Positions 49,533 through 60,648 of a DNA stretch of 64,000 bases are shown piece by piece. Location of the stretch: the NCBI GenBank assembly GCA_008632985.1, contig QPGO01000225.1, forward strand, positions 1 through 64,000. Reading direction: 5' to 3'. Positions within the stretch are counted from its first letter, which is position 1; each line of letters opens with the position of its first letter. The DNA comes from Psammoneis japonica (lineage: Eukaryota). The notes below the pieces were generated by a model, which was not told where the DNA came from, did no database searches, and was given only the letters and a program-made list of their open reading frames with translations. Position numbers and translations under genes: made by a program.

Positions 49533-50546
49533 TTACCTTTTTCTTCTTTTTTTCCTTTCTCCCACTCTGCTTTCTATGCGGTCTATACATTCCTTCAGTG
49601 AAGCAAGAAGATCGTCGCCCGGGATTTGAAAGACTTGCTGAACCTCGTCCAATGTCTCGTTTCGATCCTTTTCTCTAATGTGAACATGTAGCCGAACTGA
49701 ATCTGGGTTCACAGCTCCGTAGTGTAGTTTGTAGTCGTCCAACCACGCAAAGCAATTGGCGGGAATGACCTCATTGACAAATGCAACTCCTCCAGAATGG
49801 CGAAAGGCATTGTTCTGTTTGGCAAGATGAGGTAGTTGCTCGTGTGGGTCACCAACAGCAACAGTGCCAATGAGGCAGTCCCTCCCTAACAAGTTGTAGA
49901 TCATGGTGCCAGATTCTACACCTGATCCTTTTTGAGATTCTCCGGTATTGGCATCGGTGTGAACCGCTTGATCTTGCGATCCAAAGGCTATCAAGGTGAT
50001 CTTCGTCACTTCACATTTCTTACTGGCCGGCAACCCAAACGCCCAACGATGATCACTGGTCACACGCTTGATAGTTTCATTTATCATGGCGATGTGTTTT
50101 GATCGTTTCTTTTCCATGTTCGGAGCAGCTGGGTATCTCTCCGTCCCATTCTTGCAGTAGACAATGCGTTGCGGCCTGTGATCCACTCCATGCTTTTTTT
50201 TCACCTCCTTTGAAAACGGATCGTCAAACTCGATCATGGCATCACCCTCACCTTTGTCACTACGCTTTGCCATGGGACGGTTTTGATGAGCAAATGACTT
50301 TGCATAATTCTCCAATCCCGGTACGGAAGCAACAGCTGAAATTGAAGGGGCAACGGCAAAACCATCAACAGGCATGACGTGACCGACATTGGCTAGTCTT
50401 GATTTGTTCGAGGCATCAATCGTTTGCTGTTTTTTTCTTGAGCGGGTTCCCCCAGGGTTTTTCGTGCGTCGCTTGTCATCCACCGTCATTTCCACATCTC
50501 CCTCCGCTTGCTTTTGCAGCTGCCTTTTCTTGGAGCCCTTGCCCAT
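49533..50546 (-). CDS. Putative 2OG-Fe(II) dioxygenase (PhyH-like fold) with basic termini
   Basis: Intact ORF with normal Tyr use, QDQAVHTD (HxD), LHYGAVN (distal His), VRLHVHI (Arg), NLS-like RKKRRKR C-terminus. An upstream exon is possible. Confidence 0.6.
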   Translation of the reverse strand: MGKGSKKRQLQKQAEGDVEMTVDDKRRTKNPGGTRSRKKQQTIDASNKSRLANVGHVMPVDGFAVAPSISAVASVPGLENYAKSFAHQNRPMAKRSDKGEGDAMIEFDDPFSKEVKKKHGVDHRPQRIVYCKNGTERYPAAPNMEKKRSKHIAMINETIKRVTSDHRWAFGLPASKKCEVTKITLIAFGSQDQAVHTDANTGESQKGSGVESGTMIYNLLGRDCLIGTVAVGDPHEQLPHLAKQNNAFRHSGGVAFVNEVIPANCFAWLDDYKLHYGAVNPDSVRLHVHIREKDRNETLDEVQQVFQIPGDDLLASLKECIDRIESRVGERKKRRKR

Positions 50547-50663
50547 GTTCACTGCTAACAACCTGCAACGCGCAACGCAGATTTTGTTTCTATATATATT
50601 TTAGAGGTTGAAATGCATGTTGTGGGTTGTGGGTTGTGTGGTGGAAGAGTTATTGCGCGGAGG

Positions 50664-50916
50664 TTCATCGTGGAACCCCACAAATACGCGGGGACCCGTA
50701 ACCCGGAAATGTGTAGAGTTGTACGTGCATGTATGGGGACTCTTTACGTAGGTTTTGTACCAGAGCTATCTCGCGAACTAGGCGTTTTTTCGAAATTTTG
50801 TCGTAGAAACTGTACCAGTTTTGCGTATGTAGGCTACATGTTTCAGTACCACATACAAAAATGAGCGTAGACCTCTACAGGAGGGTCCCCGCGTATTTGT
50901 GGGGTTCCACGATGAA
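50664..50916. repeat. Perfect 34-bp inverted repeat with a 185-bp spacer (MITE-like or hairpin)
   Basis: TTCATCGTGGAACCCCACAAATACGCGGGGACCC at 50664-50697 and its exact reverse complement at 50883-50916. Confidence 0.92.
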
Positions 50917-50929
50917 GGTGCTTTCGCTT

Positions 50930-53388
50930 GGGGATGGAGACAAAAAACAAAAAAGGGTGGGCCGAAAGTACGGACAGACGGTCGAGAGGATGAGTTGGAT
51001 GGCTTGGCTGGCGGGTGACAGCAGGATGGCAAAGAAAAGAGTTTGGCATGTGGAGAGATGATCGGAGAGAGCAAAGCCCCAAAGTTGAGGCTGAGGATTT
51101 GAGAGGCCCAGAGTTGAGGGGTTGCAGTGTGACAAGAGGAGCTGAAGCGGTCCGGCGAAAGTTGTTTCCAGGCCGCATCATTGGAGTGGGCGAGGGGGTT
51201 GGAAGGTGTGAGAGCAGGGAGTTGGCGAAAGTGGAGAAGGGTGCTTGAGAGTTGGAAAGGGAGGGTGGGCTTGTCCAGGGTGGTTTGGGAGGAGGAAGGG
51301 GTGGGAAGGAGGAGGATGTTGTGGTGGAGGTGCAGAAAAAGAAGACGTAGAAATGACACCCAACTGCTCCAAGGTGGTCAAATGTGAGAGGAAGGAGGGG
51401 GAGCCCAGCTTGGTTGACAGTGTCAATGACATCAGAGCCATGGGCAGATGGCGCAGAGTGACCAAGAAGCTTGTCCCATGCACTGCTGAGGTGAGCCTTT
51501 TTAATGGGTTTTCAAGGACAGGCAAGCCAGGTGCAGGAGTCGGGGGAGCTGGTGGTGCAGCGACGTCAATGGCCAAGAACTGGTGGGTTGATGGGGCGTT
51601 TGGTGGTGCAGAGCCAGGAATGAGTTGAACACCAACATCGGCAGGGCATTTGAGGGGGTCGTCAGCCAAGAGGTTGGCAGGGTCAAGGTGAGCCAGTTGG
51701 CGGGAAAGGCATGAACCACAAAGAGGGCCCAGTGTTTCGATGACACGGTGCAAATGGTGTCGCAAATGTGATTTGACAGAGGGCCTTCATGCATTTTAGA
51801 TCATTCAAAGGCATGGTCTCTGCAAGGGTCTGGGTGGGTGTGGCTGCATGGGCAGTTGTGCTGGAGCAGATTTGGGGGAATCATTGGAAGGTGCAGCTTG
51901 CACAGGAGGAGAAGCAGTGCAAATGAGTTTGATGGGAGCCGGTTGGAGGCAGGAGCTCAGAAAAGGGAGTGAAGGCACAGGCTTGTTGGCGGAGACAGCA
52001 GGGATGGAAGAGCTGGTTGCATGGAGGGATCTGAGGAAGAGTGCTGTTCTTGTGATGACACAGGTGAGTGCACTGTGCAAGGCCGTGCAGGTTGTGGTGT
52101 TTGACAGCATGTGTCAAAGAGGTGAAAGAAGGACGAGAGTCAAACCACCAAAGGAGGATGTGGGAGTGCAGCAGCGGAAGATGCAACAGAGGGAAAGGAT
52201 GGAGCATGGGTTGACATGTTCCAGCTGCACGTGAACCAAATCGTGCACAAAAATGACTTTTGCGCAATTTCCGTGGGGTCTCTGACTTGCGACCTGGCTT
52301 TCTCCACCAAAAGCACAGATTTGTGCAAATTTGAATGTTTTGCAACACTGACAAGACTCGCGTCAGTGTTGCAACATCATTGCTCATGTGCAATCTGCTT
52401 TTTTTTGTTGCAACAAATGAGCTGCAATGCAACGGATGATTTTTGGTGAAATCATTGCCGTTGTTGTGATGTCAAAATTTTCCTGCGATGATGTCTGGCA
52501 TGGGTTCTGCCTGCAGACAAATCTCTGCACACAATGTGCTGTCATGCAATCAGCATTGAGTCTGCTGAGGAAGTTTGTTGTGCATTGCCCCCATGAGGAC
52601 TTGCATGCCAATGGAAAAACCAATTAAATGTTGACACTCTGGACACCTGCAAAAACACATCCACTCAAGTGTTTCATGTGCAAATGCTCCATGCACGAGA
52701 GACACACAATTTACATTCAAAATTGATTGTTGTTTTGTGCATCACCTGGGACTGGAACACGTTGGTCAGACCATGAGCCAAGAGCAGCAGAGTGGCTCAA
52801 AGGGAGATGAAAGACATTGCCGCGGGTGAGTGGGATGCTGTGTTCAGTGTGACGCATGGATCTGGTGAGAGAGGCTGTGAGAGCTGGGGTGGTGACAGTG
52901 GAGACATCACGGCAGCCGACACTGCCCAATGATTTGGATGGGCTGGCAATGAGTTTGGTGGTGGAGGGGAGTGTGGGTTGGTGTGTTGGGCAAGGCAGGC
53001 AAGGAAATGCAGGGAGCGGCCGATGATTTTGTTGGTGAAAGGAGATGTCCATTGGAAAGGTTGTGGGTGGTTGCTGGATCATTGCACAAGGTTGCAGCAT
53101 GCATCAGCTGACAGAAGATGAGCAATGGAGGGGATGGAGCATTTGCTGAAGAGCGTGCTTTGTGTTTGCTTGTTGGCAAGGTGGGCGGTGAGGTGGTGGA
53201 GGTCTGTGGCAAAGGAGGCAGCTTTGTCACAGAAGAAGTTCATGGCAAAGGCAAATGAGCCAACAGGCCAGCCAAGGAAGCGGATGCTGGCGGTGATTTC
53301 AGGTTTGTTGTGTGGGTCGTTGTTGGGATTGAGAAAGCAAGGGCTTCCAAGAGGGCATTGGCATTGGTGGCTGGAAGGCTGGCAGCCA
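50930..53388 (-). mobile_element. Non-LTR retrotransposon (CRE-like, RLE type), 3' part: RT thumb, zinc knuckle, restriction-like endonuclease
   Basis: IRFLGWPVGS..F, CSIPSIAHLL, FHLPL, NHICDTI (H..IRD), KCPADV...LAIDV (RPAD..DV), LLPLTFDHLGAVG. Confidence 0.7.
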
Positions 53389-56300
53389 GGAAAGCAATGC
53401 AAACATGGCAATGTCACATCAATGGGTGCGATGAATGGCCCATTCAAAGGATGCCCCAGCACAGTCGCAGTTGCCAGCCACACTTCACTGAAACATGAAC
53501 TTGACATCTGCACGAGTGTGGTCTCACACACAGATCTGAGGTGAAATGCATGCACTTGACAATTCACCATGATCTCATCGATGCAATTGCACCTTCTCCA
53601 CAACATGTGTCGTTTCTCCCGATGCGACAGATCCCATTCGCGATTCTCCATTGGGATCACAGGCTTGTGACTGAAGATTTAGCCAGTCTTTGTCTTCATC
53701 CCCAAGACAAAGATTGGGGCCATTCAGACATTTCTGTGCATCCCATTCCTTCAATCACTTGGACCCCCAAAATCTCTTAATCCGATGCCTCGCCATGGCT
53801 TGTGTTGATGGTGTTGGATTGCTCAATCGAGAAGTGCCGCAAGCCGCAGCAGAGGAACCATCTCTTTGTCGAAAGTTGTGATCGAATCTTGTTTGTTGTC
53901 TTGAGTCTTGGTCTTGTCGTGTTTTCGCCATTGCTTGCATGCGCCATGGCATGACAAATTAATCGCATGTCAACAAGTCACTCGGCATCAATGGATCCTT
54001 TCCCTCAACTGACCATGCGCAGCGCGATCTCCCCCAAATGTGTGCACGACTCAATCCGTTGCGCTGCCAAGTGTCACCTTCTGTCCATGCATGCATCGCG
54101 TCATCGTCAGCGTGCATGGCCTTTCACTCGCTTGTTTCATCTCGTTGCTCATTGCTTCGGCGATCTCAGAATGCAGGGTGCAATGAGAAACCAACAGAGT
54201 CATGAAAGGGGTTTGGTTGGATGTCATCTGGCGATGCGGCAAAGTGGTGTGGATGATGATTCAGAGGATCTTCAATGTCACACATCCTCCGGGGTCCCAT
54301 GCAGTCCAGCAGGTGACATCCACTGGCATGAGCTTGCGGATGGCTCTGTAAGTTCTGAAGTGGTGACCAGTCGACCACCAACATCCTGTCTCCTTGATGG
54401 ATGGTCGTGCCCTCAAATGGTGCTTTGTGGTGTGGCTTGGTGTCATGCCAATGTGGCAAGTCGCTGTCTCACACCCACATGTGTCACAGTCACTTCCAGG
54501 CGATTCCAAGCCTGCACTCACTGACTCGTTCTTTGCCTCTGTCGCACGCCGGCACGTGTCGTCATTGATGGCATGGGGGTCACCTCGGTCGTCGATTCTT
54601 TTGGTGACAGACTTCTGAGCTTCGTTGCATGGAAATGGTCGAAACTTTGTTGAGCTTGCAGTGAGCGTCCTCTGGCTCATCTCTGCCTTCCTGGAACTTC
54701 TTGTGGTTTGGGCATCTGGGCTGCGCGTCAAGCTCAATCGATCCCTTTGTGGCGTGTCCGTGACAAGAAGAGGTGGTGCAAGCTCTGGCAACAATGTGTC
54801 CGCCAATGCTTTGGGGCCACCTTCCCTGATGCCGCGCTTTGGCATCTCATCCATTCTCTCCTGTTGTCTTCCTGTGGCACAGCTGGCCAGTGGTTTCTTG
54901 ACGGATGCAGGCGCACCGACACGGTCCAGGCATGTGTGTTTCTGCATCTTCTTGTTGTTGGGGCCTGCAGGTGCTTTTGCCGACTCACACTCTTTCCCAA
55001 GCTCAAATGTCGTTGGGCTTCCTTGGGGCAGCTTTGGACCTTTTTCGAGGCAGGAGGCTGTGCATGTGATCGTGGCGGAGTCGTCCCAGGTTGCAGGTCA
55101 TGATCATCATGGCACAAGCTCCCCTCTCGCCGCATCAGGCACATGTGTGGTGAAAGGAGAGGCTCCCCTTTTGAGGCAGGAGGAGGCAATGCATGGGACA
55201 TCAGCAAAGTCGTTTTGAGTCGCAGGTCATGACCATCACTGGTGCAACATGTGCTCCCCTTTTTTGATGCTGTGGCATCCGATTGTGGCTGGTGGTGCCG
55301 GGAGGTCAATGGATTGTGCATGTCCTGTTCCTTGTGTGCCAACCTCGCTTTTTCGTTTGCCTTGTCAATGCCCACGGTGGATCCTGCATCTTCATGGCCC
55401 AACACAATGCGTGTGTCATCAGCATCGGTGTGTGGAGGGTGAAAGAGATTCAGGATGTGTGGGGCACCACTGTGGGTCGACTTCGGGGAACAATCGGGGT
55501 GACACAAACCCGACTTGTCATGGCAGTTGGTTTCCACACTTTTCCTTGGCAAATCCGAGCAGTCCTCTTTGGCTGTGGTTGGGGCTTCAGGGTTCAGGTG
55601 AATGTCTGTTGGAATGGAGCCAGTCTTGGTGGTCTCATCCGATGTTGCGTCTTGCTCCAACTCTTGGTTTGCCTGCAACTCTAGAGTGATGCTGCCTTGA
55701 TCCAGCTCATTCTCCTTTTTGCCGCGAAACATTGTTGTTCGCATGTTGCATGATCCCCCCCGTTCGTGGTGAAAGTGAGAAGGGCGGTGCGGTGTGAGGC
55801 TTTGGCGGGTGAAAGCACAGTCAAGGGCATGCAGGTTGGGAGTTGGGTTGCGCGATCTGCCCGCGAAGGCTGCACGGTGGAGGGGAGCTTGTGTGTTGCT
55901 TGGTTCTTTCAATGGTGGAACAGCATTTTGCTGCATCACCGTGGCTTGCGCAGGAATGGAGCACGCGGTTGGGGCTGTTGAGGTGCCCCTTTGGGTTGCA
56001 TGGTGCGAAGCAGAGATTCTTGATTCCGCTGGCAGGTACACAGATTTTTGCATCTTGCCATCGTTGAGACTGGCTGTTGCTTTCATCTCAAAATGCTCAT
56101 TCTCTTTCTCAGCCTTGGATGCTGTTGTGCCACCTTGGGACAACTTGGGTGGGACAGGGATTGAATCGACTTTTGTCACCGATGCGACGTGTGTCTCTTC
56201 TTTTGCTGCCGGGAATGAGTGTGGTGAGCAGATGCTCCGAGTGGGTGTTTCATGATGACGGCGACGTGTGCTCCCCTGTCGCCACGCTGGGAATTTGTTC

Positions 56301-58249
56301 CTCTTTGGTGCGTCTCGGCTGATTCCACTGTGTGTGCTTGCTTTTCCACGACAATTGGTTGTGCTCAGACTGTTCCCCCATTTCGTGGCAAAGGTGAGAA
56401 GTGGACTCGGCCATCGGACGTCATGTGTGGGGTGACCTCCGGTGGGTGCATGTTCACGGGTGAAGAGTGAGCGTCGGCGGGAGCCGGAGCGGGTGGGTGG
56501 TGGGTCTGATGGTGGTGCCACAGCTGGGGCATCTTTGGCAGCGGAGTCGTTGTAAGTCGTTGGTGCGGTTGCAGAGGTTGCAATGGGTCTTGATGCCGCG
56601 GTCATCCCTTGGGCACAGGGGTGTGTTTGACTTGGTGTCACGGAGTCTAAACTTGCAGTGGTCTGCGATGCACTGTGTGTGTGCATGGCAGGACCTGGGG
56701 TCAGTGGTCCCGATGGGCATTGGTGCAAAGCAGGGGTTGTGGTTGACCCCAACCTCGCAGTCGCCCCTGGTGTGCAGGGGCAGTTTGGACTCGCAGGAGT
56801 GGAGCCCGTGAATGGAGCATGGGTGTCTCCAGTTGTTCCATGGCATCTTGGGGTGTGGGTGGAACCTGGGGTGAAGGTGCCAAAGAACAGGGGGTTTGCC
56901 GGGGTGTCAAGTGGTTTACATCCTTGATTGGAAGTTCTCAAGGCTTCCTGTGACTGCCTTCTGTTGGATGCATCTTGGATTTCTCGGCAAATGGTGCATG
57001 TGTTCTGTTTCTCAAATGCAATGAAATCTTCTCTGTTGAATTCTAAGACACTGCCAACTCCTGACTCAGTCGTTGGCACTTCTGACAGGTGTTTTCCACA
57101 GGCCCTGATGCGGATGGCGTCGCTTCCAAGGCTCTTGCAGCCTTCGCACCCTGTGATGTCAAACACGTTGCCGTGGGGCACAGTGGCAAATCTGACAAAC
57201 CAATCAGGTGTGGAAATGCCATGATTGTGCAAGAACAGGGCAGTGGATCCTTGTAGACCCGGGCCAGCATCTCCGCTTGTAAGGTGGCATTCGCAGGTGT
57301 CGCAAATGTCAGTTTCCTTGAAGGCCACCACATCATCCCAGTCATCACAGGCGGTCATGGTCAAGAGTGGATTTGCGCAGAACAAAGCAGTTAAGGTCCA
57401 CTTCAAGACCGATTTTACAGTGTGCTTGTCACTGGTTTTGTGCTCTTGTGCCTGAGCATGTTGCAGTGTTGTGTTCACTGATTGGTGGCGTCATTCTTTG
57501 TGGCCTCTGTGACCTTGTCACGGGCACTCCTCATGCCCGGCTTGAGTGTCAAGAGCCTGTTCTTTGGGACATGAAGCTCTGGTGCTGACGGTGTCGTCAA
57601 TCCAGTGTCCTCCACCAGATCCGCAAGAGGCGACACGGGCTCTCTTGGCTTTCGTTCAACCGCCTTGACGATTGCTGGTCGCCTTGAGGGTCTCGACATG
57701 GGCGCAAACCTCCTCGGCTTGCTCAACTTCCTCAGCTGTGTGTCGGCAGGAGTGCTTCTACTCCTGACTCTCGATTCGAATCTTGATGCTGGACGTGTCC
57801 TGGTCGCTCACAGAACGTCTCTCTTCGGCCAAAAAGCGATTGGCTCTGACAAAGTGGCAGTTGGGAAAGCAATGCGAACACAGCGATGTCGCATCGATGG
57901 GTGCAATGAATGGCCCATTCAAAGGACACCCTGGCACAGTCGCAGTCACCAGCCACACTTTGCTAAAATGTGAACTTAACATCTGCACGAGTGTGGTCTC
58001 ACACACAGATCTGAGGTGAAATGCATGCACTTGACAATTCACCATGACCTCATTGATGCAATTGTGCCTTCTCCACAACATGCATCATTTCTCCCGATGC
58101 GACAGATCCCGTTCGCGACTCTCCATTGGGATCACAGGCTTGTGACCAAAGATTTAGCCAGTCTTTGTCTTCATCCCCAAGACAAAGATTGGGACATTCG
58201 GACATTTCTGTGCATCCCATTCCTTCGATCACTTGGACCCCAAAATCTC
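53389..58249. mobile_element. ~4.9-kb segment bounded by ~385-bp direct repeats, lying between the two halves of the non-LTR RT
   Basis: 53389-53776 is similar to 57864-58249 (GGAAAGCAATGC...GGACCCCAAAATCTC). The interior holds a long low-complexity minus-strand frame at 54734..57478. Confidence 0.55.
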
Positions 58250-58900
58250 CCAACAAAGGCAGTTGATGGGAGAGGTGCTGGTTGCAGATGTGAGAATTTG
58301 TGTTTTGGAGGCATTGAGCTTGATTCCAAATTGGGGGCCACAGGGCAAGCATCACAAGAGCATTTGTTGAAGCAGTTGGAAATGTCAAGGAGAAGGAGAG
58401 CTTTTGGTGCAGAGTCTGGTTGAAAGAAGCATCCAATGTTGGTGCAAGCAGCACCCACAAGGTGTGGTTCAGGCCGCCTTTGACACCAATGACCCCAAAT
58501 TGGCCAGAGATGAGGAGGTTGGCAGCAAAGGTGGCAGCAAGGAGGAACACAATGAGGGTGCACAGACGACCCTCCGCAGGGCTGTTCCAGCACTGACCAG
58601 TCAGAGTTTGGAAAGGTTGGATGAACCCTTGTGTGGGGCAAGGAAACAGTTGGATGAAAAAAGAGGTTTGATGGATGTGGGGATGTCTGCTGCAAGAATG
58701 AGGTCAAGCAAGCCTTTGAAAGTGAGCAGGCAGGGGTGTGAGGAGGACATTGGTGCAGAACGGCCATGAAGGGCATGGCCTTGAAGAGGTCAGTGGAGTC
58801 GGCAAAGGCACCGGGCACTTTGCATCTTGTCCACATGTCAACACAGGCTCAAGCTGCAAGCTCAGTTGCAGCAGGCAGGTGGGTCAGTGCAAAATTTTGA
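58250..58900 (-). mobile_element. Non-LTR retrotransposon RT, N-terminal motifs
   Basis: GTALRRV (RPI..G..LRR), GQFGVIGVKGGL, ALLLLDISNCFNK (RT motif A). Confidence 0.7.
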
Positions 58901-60209
58901 AACATGCAATGTTTTGGTTCCTGGCACAAAAACAAGAAATTCTGCACAGAATTTGCGCAGCCACAATGGCGAATTTGCATCGCATCCACCGGTTTTTCAC
59001 AAGGTGAGTCACTCGGGACGTTGTTGGCATTTGTCTGTGGCACCACTGTGTGTTGGCGCAATTTTGAAAAGTGCCACTCCACGCAAGAAAATTGATTCCG
59101 ATTGCTTTGGTGTGTGAGTCTGCTGCTGTTGTCATCGTTCCGGCATGTTGTTTCATCAAGTTTCTTGTCATTTCCCTCCTCTCATCCCTTGACCTGTGCA
59201 CAATTTGTTTCACACCAGATGCAGACAAAAGGCCCTGATGTGTGGTGTGCAGGGCGCCTTTGGAGTGTTTGAGACAAGCTCTGGATGTTGTGGCTCATGG
59301 TTGGTGTGTTTCCATGAGACATTTGCGGCCCGGCACTTGTTCCATTTGTTTCTTGGTCCACATGCAGATTCTTCCTGACAAAAGGGCCGTGTGCTTTGCT
59401 TTTTTGAATGTGTTGATGATGCAAGTGGTGGAGTTTGTGGAGATTGTTCTTTTTGCTCTTGCCCTTCACAAGCTGCAACAACCAGAAAAGAAACAGGACA
59501 ATGACTGCCATTTGGCATCCTTGACGTTCCATGGCAGAGTGTCATGTTGAGCATCTTTGTCACATTGTCACCATGGACCAATGTTGACAAGGCCTCATGC
59601 TTCACCTGGCCACACACTCTCCAAGCATCATTCTTGCAAAATGAGCCACCCTCAATGGCTTCGGCAATCATCATGGGGTTCTTGTGGATCAAATCAGGCA
59701 TGTGACACCACTTCTTTAGCACATGTCCAGGATTGCAGAGCAGCTCCATGGCAGCTTGTAAGGCTTTGTCTTTTTGTTTGAGCTCCTTCTTGTGCTCCTC
59801 TTGTAAAGCATGGATTGCGTCACAGACCAACTCTGCTTGCTTCCTCTTCTTGTTGATGGGACTCATTCTTCATTTTCTCATTTCTGTTTTGGACAACGGC
59901 TGCCAGCCAGTGGAGAGAACAAGTGCTGTCAGTTCAATGTCAATGACACATGGGTTTGATGTGCCAGCAAGGCAGGGCTGCACTGCACAGCATGCACCTG
60001 GCTCCACTCTCTGCTCTGCTGCAGAGAGCCTCAGCGGCTGCTCTTTAAAGTGGAGTGGCATGAAAAGCAAGTGATGTCTAGATCATGAGCTGCCAGCACT
60101 CTCTGTGGTGAGCTGAAGAAAATTGGCAATTCATGTTCCAATGGTCAACAGTTTTCTGGAGCGGAGTGTTGCTGACATCAGCTCCAACAAGCTCCACTTT
60201 TAAGTGCTG

Positions 60210-60420
60210 CATTGAGGATTGCAGGTTCTGTGGCACATTGGTGTCTTGCCAGAGCTGTCAAATGGCTGTTTAACTCCCAACAGTGCATGTGAGTGAGGCA
60301 GGGCCACACTGTACAGCACATGCCAGTGGCTGCCGGCAGTGTCTCTGGCAGCCCTCATTGAGGATCCCAGGCTCTACATGGGTGTCTTGCCAGAGCCGTT
60401 TGACTGCTGTTTAACTCCCA
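60210..60420. repeat. Imperfect ~141-bp-period repeat upstream of the non-LTR element
   Basis: GGTGTCTTGCCAGAGC.GT......GCTGTTTAACTCCCA at ~60240 and ~60381; CATTGAGGAT occurs twice. Confidence 0.7.
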
Positions 60421-60648
60421 TTGTTGTGTGAGGCACAAGAGCATGTTGTGCAGCATGCAGAGTTGCTGCTGATTGAGTTGACAGGCAGTGGCTTTTCACC
60501 TGTGCACAATCCGTGGACTCTGCTGTGCAGGGAAGACAAATTTGTCTCAGTGCTGAATGGCCAAATTTACACTTGGGTGAAATTGTGCTGCAAGCTCAAA
60601 TTCAGCTGATGTCTGGCATTTGTTGATGAATTTTCAACATGCAGCAGC

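Noticed and set aside
52230..52720. Possible small insertion within the non-LTR element
   Set aside because: A composition shift is visible, but no terminal repeats or target-site duplication could be defined.
54734..57478. 914-aa ORF as a functional gene
   Set aside because: Low complexity, almost no Tyr, inside a mutated repeat-bounded segment. Its length is inflated by stop-codon depletion; at most a gag-like relic.
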